IMG/VR virus record: IMGVR_UViG_3300045988_141150
Origin: a virus
Length of the DNA stretch: 64,000 bases
Reading direction: 5' to 3' (one strand)
The position numbers and the translations under genes were made by a program. Below, piece by piece: positions 29,601 through 40,881 of this stretch. The notes under the pieces were generated by a model. It searched no databases. It saw only the letters and a program-made list of their open reading frames with translations, and was not told the origin of the DNA. Positions within the stretch are counted from its first letter, which is position 1, and the number at the start of each line of letters is the position of its first letter.

Positions 29601-31877
29601 TATTCCAAACTATTCTTTTAAAAATTGTACTCGAGCACTTATTTCAATCGCAGTATCAGATAATAAATCCCCCGCATTTACATTTTCTAACTTTTCGAAT
29701 TCTTCTCTAAAAGCTTTGACATCTAATTCTCCATTTTCAAAACGAGCTGATAAATTTCTCACTGCTTTAGCGGATTCTGTTAAATGTACCTAATCTAATG
29801 CTTTAGCTAATATTTCAAACTCAGCATGAAGCTCGGTAGATCTATTTTTTAAAATCCCAATTTTTTCATTAATGGTATTTAAAGCAGCCGCTCCTTGGTA
29901 TCCTGTATCTACGACACCATTTAAACTTTGTCTTATTTGTGAATAACTTTTTAAATTATTTTCTATACTACCATTTTTAGAATCATTTCTTATAATTGAT
30001 CTTAAATCAGTATTAATGCTCTATAACTCTTCAGTTACCTAGTCTTTAGCCTAAGCCGCCTTAATAACCTAATCTCCATAAGCCTAATTAATTTTAATTA
30101 AATTTTCTAACTATTCTCTTTCTTGTGAAGTTATATCACCAGAAATTTTCTAAATTTCTTTTTTTAATTCTAAAGTATATTTTAATTGTTCACCAGAAAC
30201 AGCATCTGCTTCAGTAACATTATCAAAAGCCATATTAGATGCTCTAGTATAAGCTTCTTCTTTCATCTACTCAGCAGAGCGTTTAGTGTATCCTACCAAA
30301 GACTATATACCAAATCCAACATTACTTAATCCCTAAGCGATTTGCTTATTAAAAACTTTGGTAAATATAATTCCAACAGCAGCAATTACTCCTGGTAAGC
30401 CACCCATACTTTCTATTAAATCATTTATTTTATCTAAAACGTCGGCTAATAAATCGTTTAATGTAATAAAAAATTTATCATTAATCAGCTCAGCATAGAC
30501 GCTCTATGCAGCTGCTTTTACTCTGTTACTAGCAGCTTCCCAAGATTCCGCATAAATATCAGCTTGTTTTTGAAGAGATCCATCAGCACTCTATGCTCTA
30601 GCAAGATTTTCTTTATAATAATCAAAATGGTCCATCAAAGCAATTAATTGAGTATATTGACGGACACCCGCAACCTATTGTGCTAAAGCCACTTGCTAAT
30701 CTTTATTAATACTCTGCCATTTATTACCCATTTCTTCGATGATGTTATCCATATCTTTTAATTCACCATTAGAATCTTTGATATTAATTCCAACTTTTTC
30801 AAGAGCCTATGAGTATTGATTTAATGTAGTACCATCTTCTAAAGTTTCGCCAAGCTTCAAGCCTTGAATACGAGCAAAGATAGTTTTTAAAGCTGTACCT
30901 ACGACATCTTCACTTTGACGAGTAGTAGCAGTAATAGTAGCTAACGCGGCAGCTGCGTTATCAAAGCTTAAACCAATAGTATCAGCGACAGCGGCGAATT
31001 TTTCAAGACCGCCAGCAATTTCGTCAGAGCTAGATGCGGTATCTACACCTAAGCGCACCATCGCATCAGCGTAATGCTCTAATGATTGACTTCCATCATA
31101 AAAGTTATTCCAAACAGCAGTCATCTGATCTGAAACTATTTCAGCACTTTCACGAGCTACATTTGCCATTTTAATAGTAATATCAGTGCGTTCTTTTACC
31201 TATTCATCATTTAAACCCTATTGATAATAAATTAAAGCAGCGTCAGTATATTCAGTAGTAGTTGTGCTTAAAGTTCTGGCCGCGATATTTGCCTATTTAG
31301 CAAATTTAGCCATCTAATCAGAGCTCTAACCTGTAACAATACGGATATTATTTAAAGATTTATTTAAATCTTGAGCGTATCCATAAGCAGTCTAAACTGC
31401 TCCCATAAAACTATGAATTGCACTTGAAGAAATCTGCCAACGAACTGTATTCTTCATAACAGTCCACATTTCAGATACTAAAGCACTTGTTCTTTTTAAT
31501 GGAACGTCAGCCTCAATAATAGATTGAGATAAAGTCATAAAGGCCTTTTGGCCTTCTGGTCCTAATTCCATTAAATTACTCTATAATTTTTCTAAGTTTA
31601 AATTACTCTATCTTAAAGACTAAGAGAACTTAGTCAAATCCATTTTCCCAGTTTTTATATTTACCGTTTGAGATAAAATAGTCTATAACTTAGAAGCGGC
31701 TATTTGTGCTTCCGTCAATTCTTTTGTTATAGGTAATTTTTGAGTTTGAACTTCATTTATTGAAGACTTCAATAAATTATCTAACTAAAATTGCAAATCT
31801 CTAATTTGATTCTAAGCTGATTTAGCATCAGTAGTAAATTGTAAATTAACCTAATAACTATTTAATTGTTTAGCCAT
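23624..31877 (-). CDS. tail tape measure protein (about 2,750 aa, TAG about every 80-100 codons)
   Basis: ATG at about 31877 with AGGAG RBS; N-terminal segment (ORF 30807..31169) resembles the TP901-family tape-measure core; Ala/Gln/Glu-rich helical repeats; transmembrane segment (ORF 28812..29036); same frame from 30807 to 25143, then followed by hand to TAA at about 23624. Confidence 0.7.
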
Positions 31878-31924
31878 AGAAATCTCCTTTCTCTCCAAGT
31901 TTTATCTTTATATAAAAATAAAAC

Positions 31925-31953
31925 GGGGATAAGAGCAATTATACTCTTATCCC
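31925..31953 (-). terminator. rho-independent terminator
   Basis: ggggataagag..ctcttatcccc hairpin followed by gttttattttt on the minus strand after the TAA at 32000. Confidence 0.5.
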
Positions 31954-31999
31954 CATCACTCTATTATTTTTCAAAAAATAATATTATTAACTAATTTAA

Positions 32000-32533
32000 T
32001 TAGCCCAATTTAGTAAGCACATCTTTCAATAAAGCCATATTATCTGGATCATTTAACTTCTTTTGAATGTCTGTCGCATCCAAATCTAAATTACTGTAAT
32101 CTGCGGAAATTGCTTCCATAATACCCATAGCAGAATTGCGATATGTCACAATATTATTAGCCATTTCATGAGTCGTTTTATTTAAATAATAAAATTCTCC
32201 ATCTGGCACAAGACCAATAATAAGATTAAGCACTTTAGAAGCATTAAGCATATCATAAAGCTTCATTGGATCTTCCTTTTGTTTTTCAGTAAATGAAATA
32301 TTACTATAAGCATAAACAATCTCTAAACCAAGATTCATATCTAACTTTAAAAGATTATAATATCCAGTATTTTCATCCACTGAGTTATTCAATACACGAG
32401 TAATCAATTCACTCTTTTCCGCAATGGGAAGATATTGCTTTACTTCAATAGTCTAATCATTGTATTCAACAGTTTGAACTTTATTAAGTTCATCCTTAGT
32501 AATTCCTAATTTATTATATGAAATTTTAGCCAT
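32000..32533 (-). CDS. tail assembly chaperone-like protein (about 178 aa, 1 TAG)
   Basis: ATG at about 32533 with GGAGG RBS; in frame with ORF 32000..32407; TAA stop; position between major tail and tape measure. Confidence 0.4.
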
Positions 32534-32596
32534 AATTAGCCTCCTTTTACTCTTTATTATATTATACAAAAAATTTTTTATTTAGTCAAAATTCAA

Positions 32597-33622
32597 TTAT
32601 TTTTTATTAAATAATAATTCTTCAGTTAATTTTTCGCCATGATAGCGGACTAATCCATCAATACTTTTTTGACTTAATTCTCTTATCTAACTAATTCTTT
32701 TTTCTTTTTCTTCAATAGTGAAACGATTTATGAAATCAGCAAAACTTTGAGGTGAAAACTATTTATCTCTTAAAATTTTTAACCATTTTATTATAGTAGT
32801 ATATTTCTATGGAGATCCGCCTTCACCCTTAACTGCATATTGGATTTTCCCTCCAGATACATCTCCAATTAAAAATCCATTCATATTATCAGCATTAATC
32901 GCACCCATAGTAGGATCTAACATAAAATAATCAATATTTGTTTCAAGATCTGAATTAAATTTAATATTATTTATATAAAAAGATACAAATGCTTCATTAA
33001 TAGGACCACGAGTAGACATTGTATATCCTTTCCACGAATCTTTATACCATAATATTCTCTTTTTATATTTATTATATCTTAATTCTACTTGCATTGCTGT
33101 ATTCTATAATCCTTTATTATCATCATCCGGCAAAGCATTTTTTAAATTTTCATAATGCTAATTCATATCATATTCTAATTTAGCATAATTATAACCCTAT
33201 ACAGACGTTTTTTTAACTGCTTGAATATTTTTTATATCATTATCCATTAATCTAATTTCTCTTTGGCCTGTAATTGGATCGACATAGACAGCAGTAATTT
33301 TTATTTCTTGATTTAAAAACTCATTAATTAAATTCTATAAATTAAAAAATTCCTAATAGATTAATATTTTTTTCTACTCTAATAGATTTAAAGTCATAGT
33401 CATTGATTTATTTATTTTACTATTATACTTTTTCTAAATATTATCAAAAATAGTAAAATGATTAATTAATATTTCTGATGATTTTCTTATTTTTTCATAT
33501 AATTCTTTAAAATGTTCCTACTATAACTACTCTTTTACCATATCTTCAGTCCAATAAATAAAATCTTCGGCAATTTTCTAACTTTCTTGACTATTATCGC
33601 TATAATTATTTTTAATTACCAA
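32597..33622 (-). CDS. hypothetical tail protein (about 341 aa, about 10 TAG including a TAG-TAG pair)
   Basis: TTG start at about 33622 with AGGAGGA RBS 7 nt upstream; frame followed by hand through ORF 32807..33094 to TAA at about 32597. Confidence 0.4.
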
Positions 33623-33642
33623 ATTTAATCCTCCTTTTCCGC

Positions 33643-33675
33643 ATAACAAAAAAATGGGAGAGAATATTTTTATTC
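33643..33675 (-). terminator. rho-independent terminator
   Basis: atgggagagaata..tattctctcccat hairpin plus T7 on the minus strand after the stop at 33687. Confidence 0.5.
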
Positions 33676-33686
33676 TCTCCCATTAA

Positions 33687-33869
33687 TTAATCTTTTTTAT
33701 CTAATTCAGATAAAATCTTACTTACCTCATCTTCCTCTTGAAGAATTACTTCCTCAATAGGTTCGATAAGCTCTTTCTTTACAGCCTTTTCTACTTTTGG
33801 CTGCTTTTTAGTAGATTCTTTTTTAGGCTGTTTTGGTGGAGTATATTTTACTGGACCTTTTACAACCAT
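33687..33869 (-). CDS. small Lys/Glu-rich protein (60 aa)
   Basis: intact ORF directly downstream of the major tail gene; TAG-free. Confidence 0.45.
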   Translation of the reverse strand: MVVKGPVKYTPPKQPKKESTKKQPKVEKAVKKELIEPIEEVILQEEDEVSKILSELDKKD

Positions 33870-33874
33870 ATTAA

Positions 33875-34858
33875 TTAGCCTCCAATAGCAATGGTGCTAT
33901 TAGCAGCGGTCTTTCTACGAATATCGTTGTCAACAGTTTCGTCTTCTTCAATAATCTGAATAGCAGCCAAAACTTTCTTACTATGATCGAAACGAGTATA
34001 ATCAGGGAATGCGTCCATAGTAAAAGTGAAAGTGGAAGGATCACCAGAAGAAGCCATTGTAAAGTTAAAGTTGGATTGAATCTTGCAGTTAGGAATAATA
34101 AATTCAGCAGGCATATCTACGCCGTCTTGATTGCGGAATAAGGTAGAAGCTTCAAGATAGTAGTTACCACCGAACTTATCAGCAGTAATTTCAATCTGCT
34201 TAGCGCCAGATTCACGCTCAGTATAATAATCAACCATTACGGAGTCGCATTTAGCATAATCATTCTCTAAATCGTTAGTGGTATAAGCCACTCCACTAGC
34301 ACGATCAAATCCTTTTACGGTAATACTAAAACCAGTCTCTCCCGTAGTAACTCCTTCATGCGCCAGATAAGGCTCAGAAATAATTTCGCCATCTTTCATA
34401 AAGAAAACATAAACATAATCGTCATCTTTATGCTCATTATCAAGATAAGGGGCATAAGAAACAGGAACGATTAGTCCATCAGTCTTAATGTTTTTTCCAG
34501 CGTTAGCAGGGACAATGTCTTTAGTCTTATCAACAGTTTGAGTAATATGTTGCTTAATCTTATTATCAGCAGAAGCCTCAACAAGACCAGCACCGGAAAG
34601 AATCATGAAACCTTCAGGAGAAATAAGAGCATCTTCCATTGTGAAGGTAACAGTACGCTCGCCTTCCCATGCGACTAAGTTAGTATTACCACGACCACCT
34701 TGTGCGTATACGGTGGTAGCAGCGCCTTCCATACTGGAAGTCTTTAAAGTGTCGAAATAAATAACTGGCTCATTCTTATAAAATTGCTTATTACCAATCT
34801 TTTGATTAGCCTTTGCCTTTAAAACGACATCGCAAATTTCGCGTACACCAAATTTCAT
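33875..34858 (-). CDS. major tail (tube) protein candidate (327 aa), TAG-free and GC-richer
   Basis: intact ORF; position upstream of the chaperones and tape measure; roughly 40% GC against roughly 28% for its neighbours; TAA stop. Confidence 0.5.
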   Translation of the reverse strand: MKFGVREICDVVLKAKANQKIGNKQFYKNEPVIYFDTLKTSSMEGAATTVYAQGGRGNTNLVAWEGERTVTFTMEDALISPEGFMILSGAGLVEASADNKIKQHITQTVDKTKDIVPANAGKNIKTDGLIVPVSYAPYLDNEHKDDDYVYVFFMKDGEIISEPYLAHEGVTTGETGFSITVKGFDRASGVAYTTNDLENDYAKCDSVMVDYYTERESGAKQIEITADKFGGNYYLEASTLFRNQDGVDMPAEFIIPNCKIQSNFNFTMASSGDPSTFTFTMDAFPDYTRFDHSKKVLAAIQIIEEDETVDNDIRRKTAANSTIAIGG

Positions 34859-34882
34859 AGGTTTTTTTCCTCCTTAAAAAAT

Positions 34883-35605
34883 TTAATGGATATTTTTCAT
34901 CCAGTTATCCGGCTTATTATCAGGCTTTGCGCCTGCTAATCTAGACCGGATATCAATATCCCAATTAATATAAAGTTGATATCTTTCAACAAGGTCATAG
35001 AGTTGGAACATTGTTAAATCCATTAAATCCTGTAAAGACATTGAATCAAGACCTATAGTAAGCATTGAAAGATACTAACTAAATATACTAGCATTAGCCG
35101 TGCCGTTTAATTCAGCGACACGTTGTCTACCTCGCATTAATTTATCGGCTATCTTTTTCGCGGCCGCACTTCCAGGATTAAATCCCATTTCTTGCGAAGC
35201 ATTAGATTTAAAACAAAATATTTCTTTAATATATTCCTATAATATATTAAAATTGCTTTCGTCAATCATTATTTGTGGGTCACCTTGTAAAACAATTGAC
35301 CTAGGGGTAAATAAAACATTTTGCTTTGGAAACAATAATGTAAGAACCTACATAGATGCTTGTTTTTTATCGGCCATCTCTTTTTCTTTCATCATTGTCA
35401 TAAATATCTAAAAATTATTTGTTTCTCTTAAAAGACTTTCGCCCGAATTCTCTATTATGTTTTTATCAATACATAAACACTAAATCCCCAAGAAAAGATC
35501 TTTTTCACCTATAAAAGAAATTTCTTTTATAGATGGCTAATGAATAGTGACTTCTAATTCAGGTATTGGTAAATCAATACCTGTCATTAATCCAAGTCTG
35601 ATATC
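34883..35605 (-). CDS. hypothetical neck/tail completion protein (about 241 aa, about 7 TAG)
   Basis: ATG overlaps the stop of the upstream gene (TAATG); frame followed by hand into ORF 34883..35065; TAA stop. Confidence 0.4.
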
Positions 35606-35607
35606 CA

Positions 35608-36189
35608 TTACTCTTCAGTTCTTTTTTTAAAATCTTCTATAAATCTTTCCTCGTCATTAGGATTTGGCATAGATTTTTTATCTTCTTCACCATGAACTGC
35701 CTGATACATAAGACACAAACCCGCATATTCATCAGTTAAAATAATTTGATTTGCTCCAAGAAATTCTAACTTACCAATACCGGTTAAATGCGTTTTATCT
35801 ATCATGCTATCAATTTCTGCGGCAATACGATAAGGGCGCAATTGGTAATCTTTTAAATGCCATTGATCAAAATGACAAATAATATCGAATTCAATAATAT
35901 TGTCTCTAAACTCAGGATTTCCACTTTGTGTAAAATTATCAAAATTAATAATTAAATAATTTAATACACTTCCATCAACATAAAGCTTAGGAATTAATTT
36001 AATATTTTTATTAAATAATTGAATCATTTGTTCATCATTTAGATCTGGCTTATCAATAGCATCTTTTGTTGTATAATACAATAATCGCTTTAATCTCTCA
36101 TTTTTACAGAGATGTCTTACAATAATTTCTAAATCTTTTTCAACAGAAAGAAAACTTGATTTAGGTAAATTTACACCATTAATTTTCAT
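35608..36189 (-). CDS. hypothetical head-tail joining protein (193 aa), TAG-free
   Basis: intact ORF; TAA stop. Confidence 0.5.
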   Translation of the reverse strand: MKINGVNLPKSSFLSVEKDLEIIVRHLCKNERLKRLLYYTTKDAIDKPDLNDEQMIQLFNKNIKLIPKLYVDGSVLNYLIINFDNFTQSGNPEFRDNIIEFDIICHFDQWHLKDYQLRPYRIAAEIDSMIDKTHLTGIGKLEFLGANQIILTDEYAGLCLMYQAVHGEEDKKSMPNPNDEERFIEDFKKRTEE

Positions 36190-37550
36190 AACACCTTTTA
36201 CTCCTTAAAACAATGATTGAACTACAATCGTTTTCTTATAATCTCCATAACATAAATCGAACTATCCACTATATCCAGAAGTCCAACTTATTTCAACTGT
36301 TGGCTTTTTTGCTTCTTTAATAACTTTTAAAGAAACTGGCAACTTTTTATTATTCTTTATTTTCCATTCTAGAACAACTTCACCATCAAAATAATAAGTA
36401 TAAGTTTTCTTTGGGAAAATAAATGTTTCCCCTATAATATCAGTTGTCGTAGGATTTGGATCAATTGGTTCCGCAATTAAAGAACCAACAGTCTTATTAT
36501 CTAAATTATCTTCCTACTCATTAATATAATATTCAGTCGCATTAACTTCTAAAATACCTGGCATACTTATTGAATCTACAGCTTCAACACGCCAACAAAT
36601 TAAATTGTCTCCCTCATCCTAACCATCTAAATAAAATTTAGTATAACGCCTAAAATAACTTAAAGTATCTTTATTTTTTGGCATTAAAATATTTAATGAA
36701 TAATTAGGATTATCTACACTAATTTCATGTTTCTAAATATAATTAATTTTCGTTTCTACCGGACCGCGGATTGCTGCATAAGTAGATTTTTTCTCTCCAT
36801 TATCTACCCAATTTATTTTATAAGAGCATTTTCTAATATCTCCTCTAAAATAAGCCAATTCAGTTAAATCCTAAAGATAACAAATCCAATAGGTATTAGT
36901 TCCGCACCATTCAAAGATATCTCCCGGTTTAAACTAATACTCATTTCCAACAGACAAAATCTTGTCATCATAATCCTATTTTAATTTATTGGGATTAATT
37001 AAACACCTAATAGGTTTTTTATATTCCGCATCCTATTTAATAATTTCTGCGGCTTGATATGAATTCCATACTGCTCTATCCAAGCTTCTGCGCTTAGATA
37101 AAATCATACGCTCTTGTTGGCGGTTTCCGCCCATTTGACCGAGCCGAACCGCCATATAATTAACGCCTTCAACAGGGCTACCTTCAAAGGGTGGTTTATC
37201 ATAAATTCCTAAGCGACCTTGCTATAATCTAAAAGGTTGCTTACTACTATAATCAAACCCTGACGCCATAATTTATCTCCTATAAAAGACTGATCGTTTC
37301 AAATACAGTCTTACGATAAAAATTAAAATCAGTATCTCGATTCTACAATCCCTCAAGTTTATTTAATAACTATAAATAAAGGGGTTCAGCGTTAAAAATC
37401 ACACTAAACCCCACAATTTCATTTATAACAGTTTCTAGCTATTTATGCCAATCTTCATTATTTTCGCGCATTGGAATTAATTTCCATAATTGATTGGTTA
37501 AGCGCAAACAATTTACCTTTATACTCTCTATTGGAATATCAAAATTATAT

Positions 37551-38124
37551 TTAGTAATCATATCGACTTTTAAACACATCCCAATTAGATTCATACTCAC
37601 CTTTGTCATTTAGACGTCTGCGTTTATATAAACGCTACATATGGTGAGATTGTCTTTGGCATTCACTTAACAAACTTAACAGCTTTGATAGATGATTTGC
37701 CTAAGAAGTAAATTTAAAATCAGAGCCACTATATTTCATTCGAGTATTCTCAATTGAAGTGACTTGCCTTTGCGTCCAACCGCACATCATTAAAATAGCT
37801 AAAATATTAATTTCTTCTTCAGTTAGATCACAATTAAAACTAGATCTATCAACTAAAACTTGAGGTTCTTCACCCGGTTCTGGAAGTTCTCCCCATACCG
37901 TTCCTACAATAAAATCATCCGGCATAGCATCAGATTCATTAATAGTAGCAACATCTAAATTATAATCTAAAAGATTTTTTCGCGGAAATTCAAATCCAGG
38001 AATAGCATCTATTATAAGATTCTATAAATCTCTTAAAGTATCTTCAGGAGTCAACTCCAGATACATGTCATCAGTAACCTTGTTTAGAAAGCGATTATAA
38101 ACAGCTGAGAATAATGTTCCCACT
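37551..38124 (-). CDS. head completion / connector-like protein (about 191 aa, 3 TAG)
   Basis: GTG start with GGAGGG RBS 6 nt upstream; frame includes ORF 37701..37925; TAA at about 37551. Confidence 0.35.
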
Positions 38125-38142
38125 TAATCGCCCTCCTATAAA

Positions 38143-38736
38143 TTATTTCTTGGAGGAAGTTTCCTCGGTTTTATTAATTACTTTATATCCAGAACCGCTT
38201 GTGCGACGACCTTGAGTAGTAGGTTCTTCTCTTACTACACGGCGCTTAGCTGCTGGTTCTTTCTCTACAATAGTATCTTCTTCTTTACTAGCGATATCAT
38301 TAGCAATAGCTTTATCAACATCAAACCCAGTTTTTTCCTTCAAAGCTCTACGCTTATTAATATCAGTAATAGGAAGGCTAACAGATAAATTCTTGATTAA
38401 GTCAATAATTCCAATAGGAGCAAAATCAAGAGCATCTAAGAAAGCATCTAATGAGCCATTAAGAATTAAATCAGCAACTTGTTGCTCTGACATATTATAT
38501 TCAGGTTCAGTATGAACATTAAGAGTATGAGTTACTTCTGGCTCTAAAATTTGTAAAAAATTAGCAATCAATTCGCGGCCGCCTGCCTGATAAGTTAACT
38601 TCTCTAACTCACCAAATGGAATACGTTTAGTTTCACCGGGCGCAAATTCACGACGCAAATTAGTATCAGGAATAGTATAAACAACTACGCTAGTGCTTCT
38701 ATTTTTTACATTATAAATATCTTCATTATTAATCAT
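38143..38736 (-). CDS. hypothetical head protein (197 aa), TAG-free
   Basis: intact ORF with RBS; follows the terminator after the capsid gene. Confidence 0.45.
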   Translation of the reverse strand: MINNEDIYNVKNRSTSVVVYTIPDTNLRREFAPGETKRIPFGELEKLTYQAGGRELIANFLQILEPEVTHTLNVHTEPEYNMSEQQVADLILNGSLDAFLDALDFAPIGIIDLIKNLSVSLPITDINKRRALKEKTGFDVDKAIANDIASKEEDTIVEKEPAAKRRVVREEPTTQGRRTSGSGYKVINKTEETSSKK

Positions 38737-38771
38737 TATTCAATTTCTCCTTTTACTCATAAAACAAAAAT

Positions 38772-38804
38772 ATGGGGAGAGGGAGTTTAATCCCTTCTCC
38801 CCAT
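38772..38804 (-). terminator. rho-independent terminator after the capsid gene
   Basis: atggggagagggag..tcccttctccccat hairpin plus T-run on the minus strand. Confidence 0.5.
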
Positions 38805-38822
38805 GGAATAATTTATATTAAA

Positions 38823-39929
38823 TTAGACATTGCCATCAAGACGGCCATCATAAGTGACAACCTTACCGGTGACTCCATCATAATTCCAAGTATACATCTG
38901 ACCGAGAAGTGAAGTATCAACATAGGCACAGATGTTATTAGCAAGCATACAAACTACGCCAACCTTCTTGTAAACCTGAATCTCACGAGAACGATCATAA
39001 TTGTTAAACTCGTCAACAATAGTGCCGCCTTCGAAAGCAATCTTTACAGGCTTACCATCAGCGCCCGTAGGAATAACCCAAGCATAACCAGGATCAATAA
39101 CCTTACGAGTATTGGTTTCATCTTCAAAGCCCTGCTCAAGAATAATAACCTTAGTGCCCTTGTAAGTAGCAAGACGACCATTATTCCAAAGCTCGTTCTT
39201 CATAGCTTCAGTATATCTCCAAGCCTCATGAGGAATCATCTTAACAGCGAACTCATAAGTGCAATAAATAGTAGGAGTACCATAAGCAGAAGCAATAGTA
39301 ATCAAACGATCCATAGCCGCTTCATCAAATCCGGCAGCCGCAACGCGGTTAGCAGGAGGAAGTTGATTGATAGAAGATCTAAGAGCAGCAGCAACTTCTT
39401 TATAAATAAGTTCATCCATACCATCCATGATGATCTTGGTTACTTCACCAAAATCAACACGACCATCAAGGAACTCTTCGAAGCCAATCTGAGCAGCTCC
39501 GCCGATAGCGCTAGTACGTACCTCGAAGGCTTCATTCTCTTTAGGTCCGAGCTTGAAGACTTCATAAATACCAGCAAGACCAACGCGAGTTACAAACTGT
39601 TTAGCACGAGCACGATTATTAAGAGGACGACGGAAGACAGGCTTATCACCCTGAGCGAAAGTCTTAACCTCAGCAAACTGATCATATTGCTGAATAACTT
39701 TCTTAGGAAGAACCTCATCAAGAGTCTCCTCAATCATAGAGAAAATAAGATTCTTATTTTCACGATAAAGAGCGTAAGTACCAGCCAACTCATTCATTTC
39801 ATTACGAAGAGTTTCATTTAAGGCTTCATAACTAAGATTTTTTCCCTCATAACTATAAGCAACAGGAGCAGAAGGATCAGCCTTAGCAACTTGCTTCATA
39901 AGAGCAACTAAATTATTTTTATCTAACAT
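38823..39929 (-). CDS. major capsid protein candidate (HK97-fold-like, 368 aa), TAG-free and GC-richer
   Basis: intact ORF; size, composition and a helical N-terminal segment typical of HK97-type capsid proteins; follows the scaffold; roughly 42% GC. Confidence 0.5.
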   Translation of the reverse strand: MLDKNNLVALMKQVAKADPSAPVAYSYEGKNLSYEALNETLRNEMNELAGTYALYRENKNLIFSMIEETLDEVLPKKVIQQYDQFAEVKTFAQGDKPVFRRPLNNRARAKQFVTRVGLAGIYEVFKLGPKENEAFEVRTSAIGGAAQIGFEEFLDGRVDFGEVTKIIMDGMDELIYKEVAAALRSSINQLPPANRVAAAGFDEAAMDRLITIASAYGTPTIYCTYEFAVKMIPHEAWRYTEAMKNELWNNGRLATYKGTKVIILEQGFEDETNTRKVIDPGYAWVIPTGADGKPVKIAFEGGTIVDEFNNYDRSREIQVYKKVGVVCMLANNICAYVDTSLLGQMYTWNYDGVTGKVVTYDGRLDGNV

Positions 39930-39946
39930 TATCCTTTTCTCCTTTC

Positions 39947-40864
39947 TTACTTAATACGCATTACCTTGACGCCCTTTTGACCATCAGGCATAGTATAAAC
40001 TTTAACAACCTGCCAGATCATTGAATCGTCACCAGTTTTGCTAAGAATACCCTTTGTAGCAGCAGAAGGAGAAAGTTTATCTCCAACAGCAAGAGTCTCT
40101 TCATTAATCATATTAGTAGTGTAAAGATCACCAATCATGGTCTTAAATACACGAGGAACCATAGAAGTGCCAGATTCCATGAACTTCTCATGATAGATAC
40201 CTAACTTATGATATGGATCATTGGTCCAATTTGCTTCATATATATCAGGAACATCAGTAAGAAGTTTATCATAGTAATACTTTACAGGAACATTAGCAAC
40301 CTGATGATTACTATCAAGAGTATATTCATTACCATCATAAGTAAACTTGCCAGTTTCATCAACATCATAAACACGGCCAGCAATAGTAACAGTCTTTAAA
40401 CCCTGATCAGCGGAAACGGTCTGATTGATCAATTTATAAGTTTGACCCTTATCATCAACGCCGTTCCAGAAACGACCACCATATTCAACCTCGGTATGCT
40501 CCCAATCATAAGGGCTATAAACACGAGCCTGATAGTCATCCTTAAGCATAGCAAATTCGCAATCCCACTGCTTACTGCCATCAGAATGATCACGATAAAG
40601 CTTAATCTCGTTATAAACGAGCATCCATTCACCTTCGCCAGTAAAGTTGACTTCGCCGATACCATTACCATTAGCAGCATAGTCATACTTTACAAACTGA
40701 CCGTTTTCAAGAATCTCAATGTCTTTATTGGCGGGAAGTTGAGCATAGATTTGAGCATTTCTTTGTGCGGAAAGGTGATTAGGCTCGACCTGACCGTAAC
40801 CAAACTCAACATACTTTGCCTGAGACTTAATAGGAAGATTCTTATTCAAAAAGTCTTTAAACAT
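39947..40864 (-). CDS. abundant head protein of unknown function (305 aa), TAG-free
   Basis: intact ORF between the scaffold and the capsid gene; higher GC. Confidence 0.4.
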   Translation of the reverse strand: MFKDFLNKNLPIKSQAKYVEFGYGQVEPNHLSAQRNAQIYAQLPANKDIEILENGQFVKYDYAANGNGIGEVNFTGEGEWMLVYNEIKLYRDHSDGSKQWDCEFAMLKDDYQARVYSPYDWEHTEVEYGGRFWNGVDDKGQTYKLINQTVSADQGLKTVTIAGRVYDVDETGKFTYDGNEYTLDSNHQVANVPVKYYYDKLLTDVPDIYEANWTNDPYHKLGIYHEKFMESGTSMVPRVFKTMIGDLYTTNMINEETLAVGDKLSPSAATKGILSKTGDDSMIWQVVKVYTMPDGQKGVKVMRIK

Positions 40865-40881
40865 TTAGTATGTCCTCCTTA

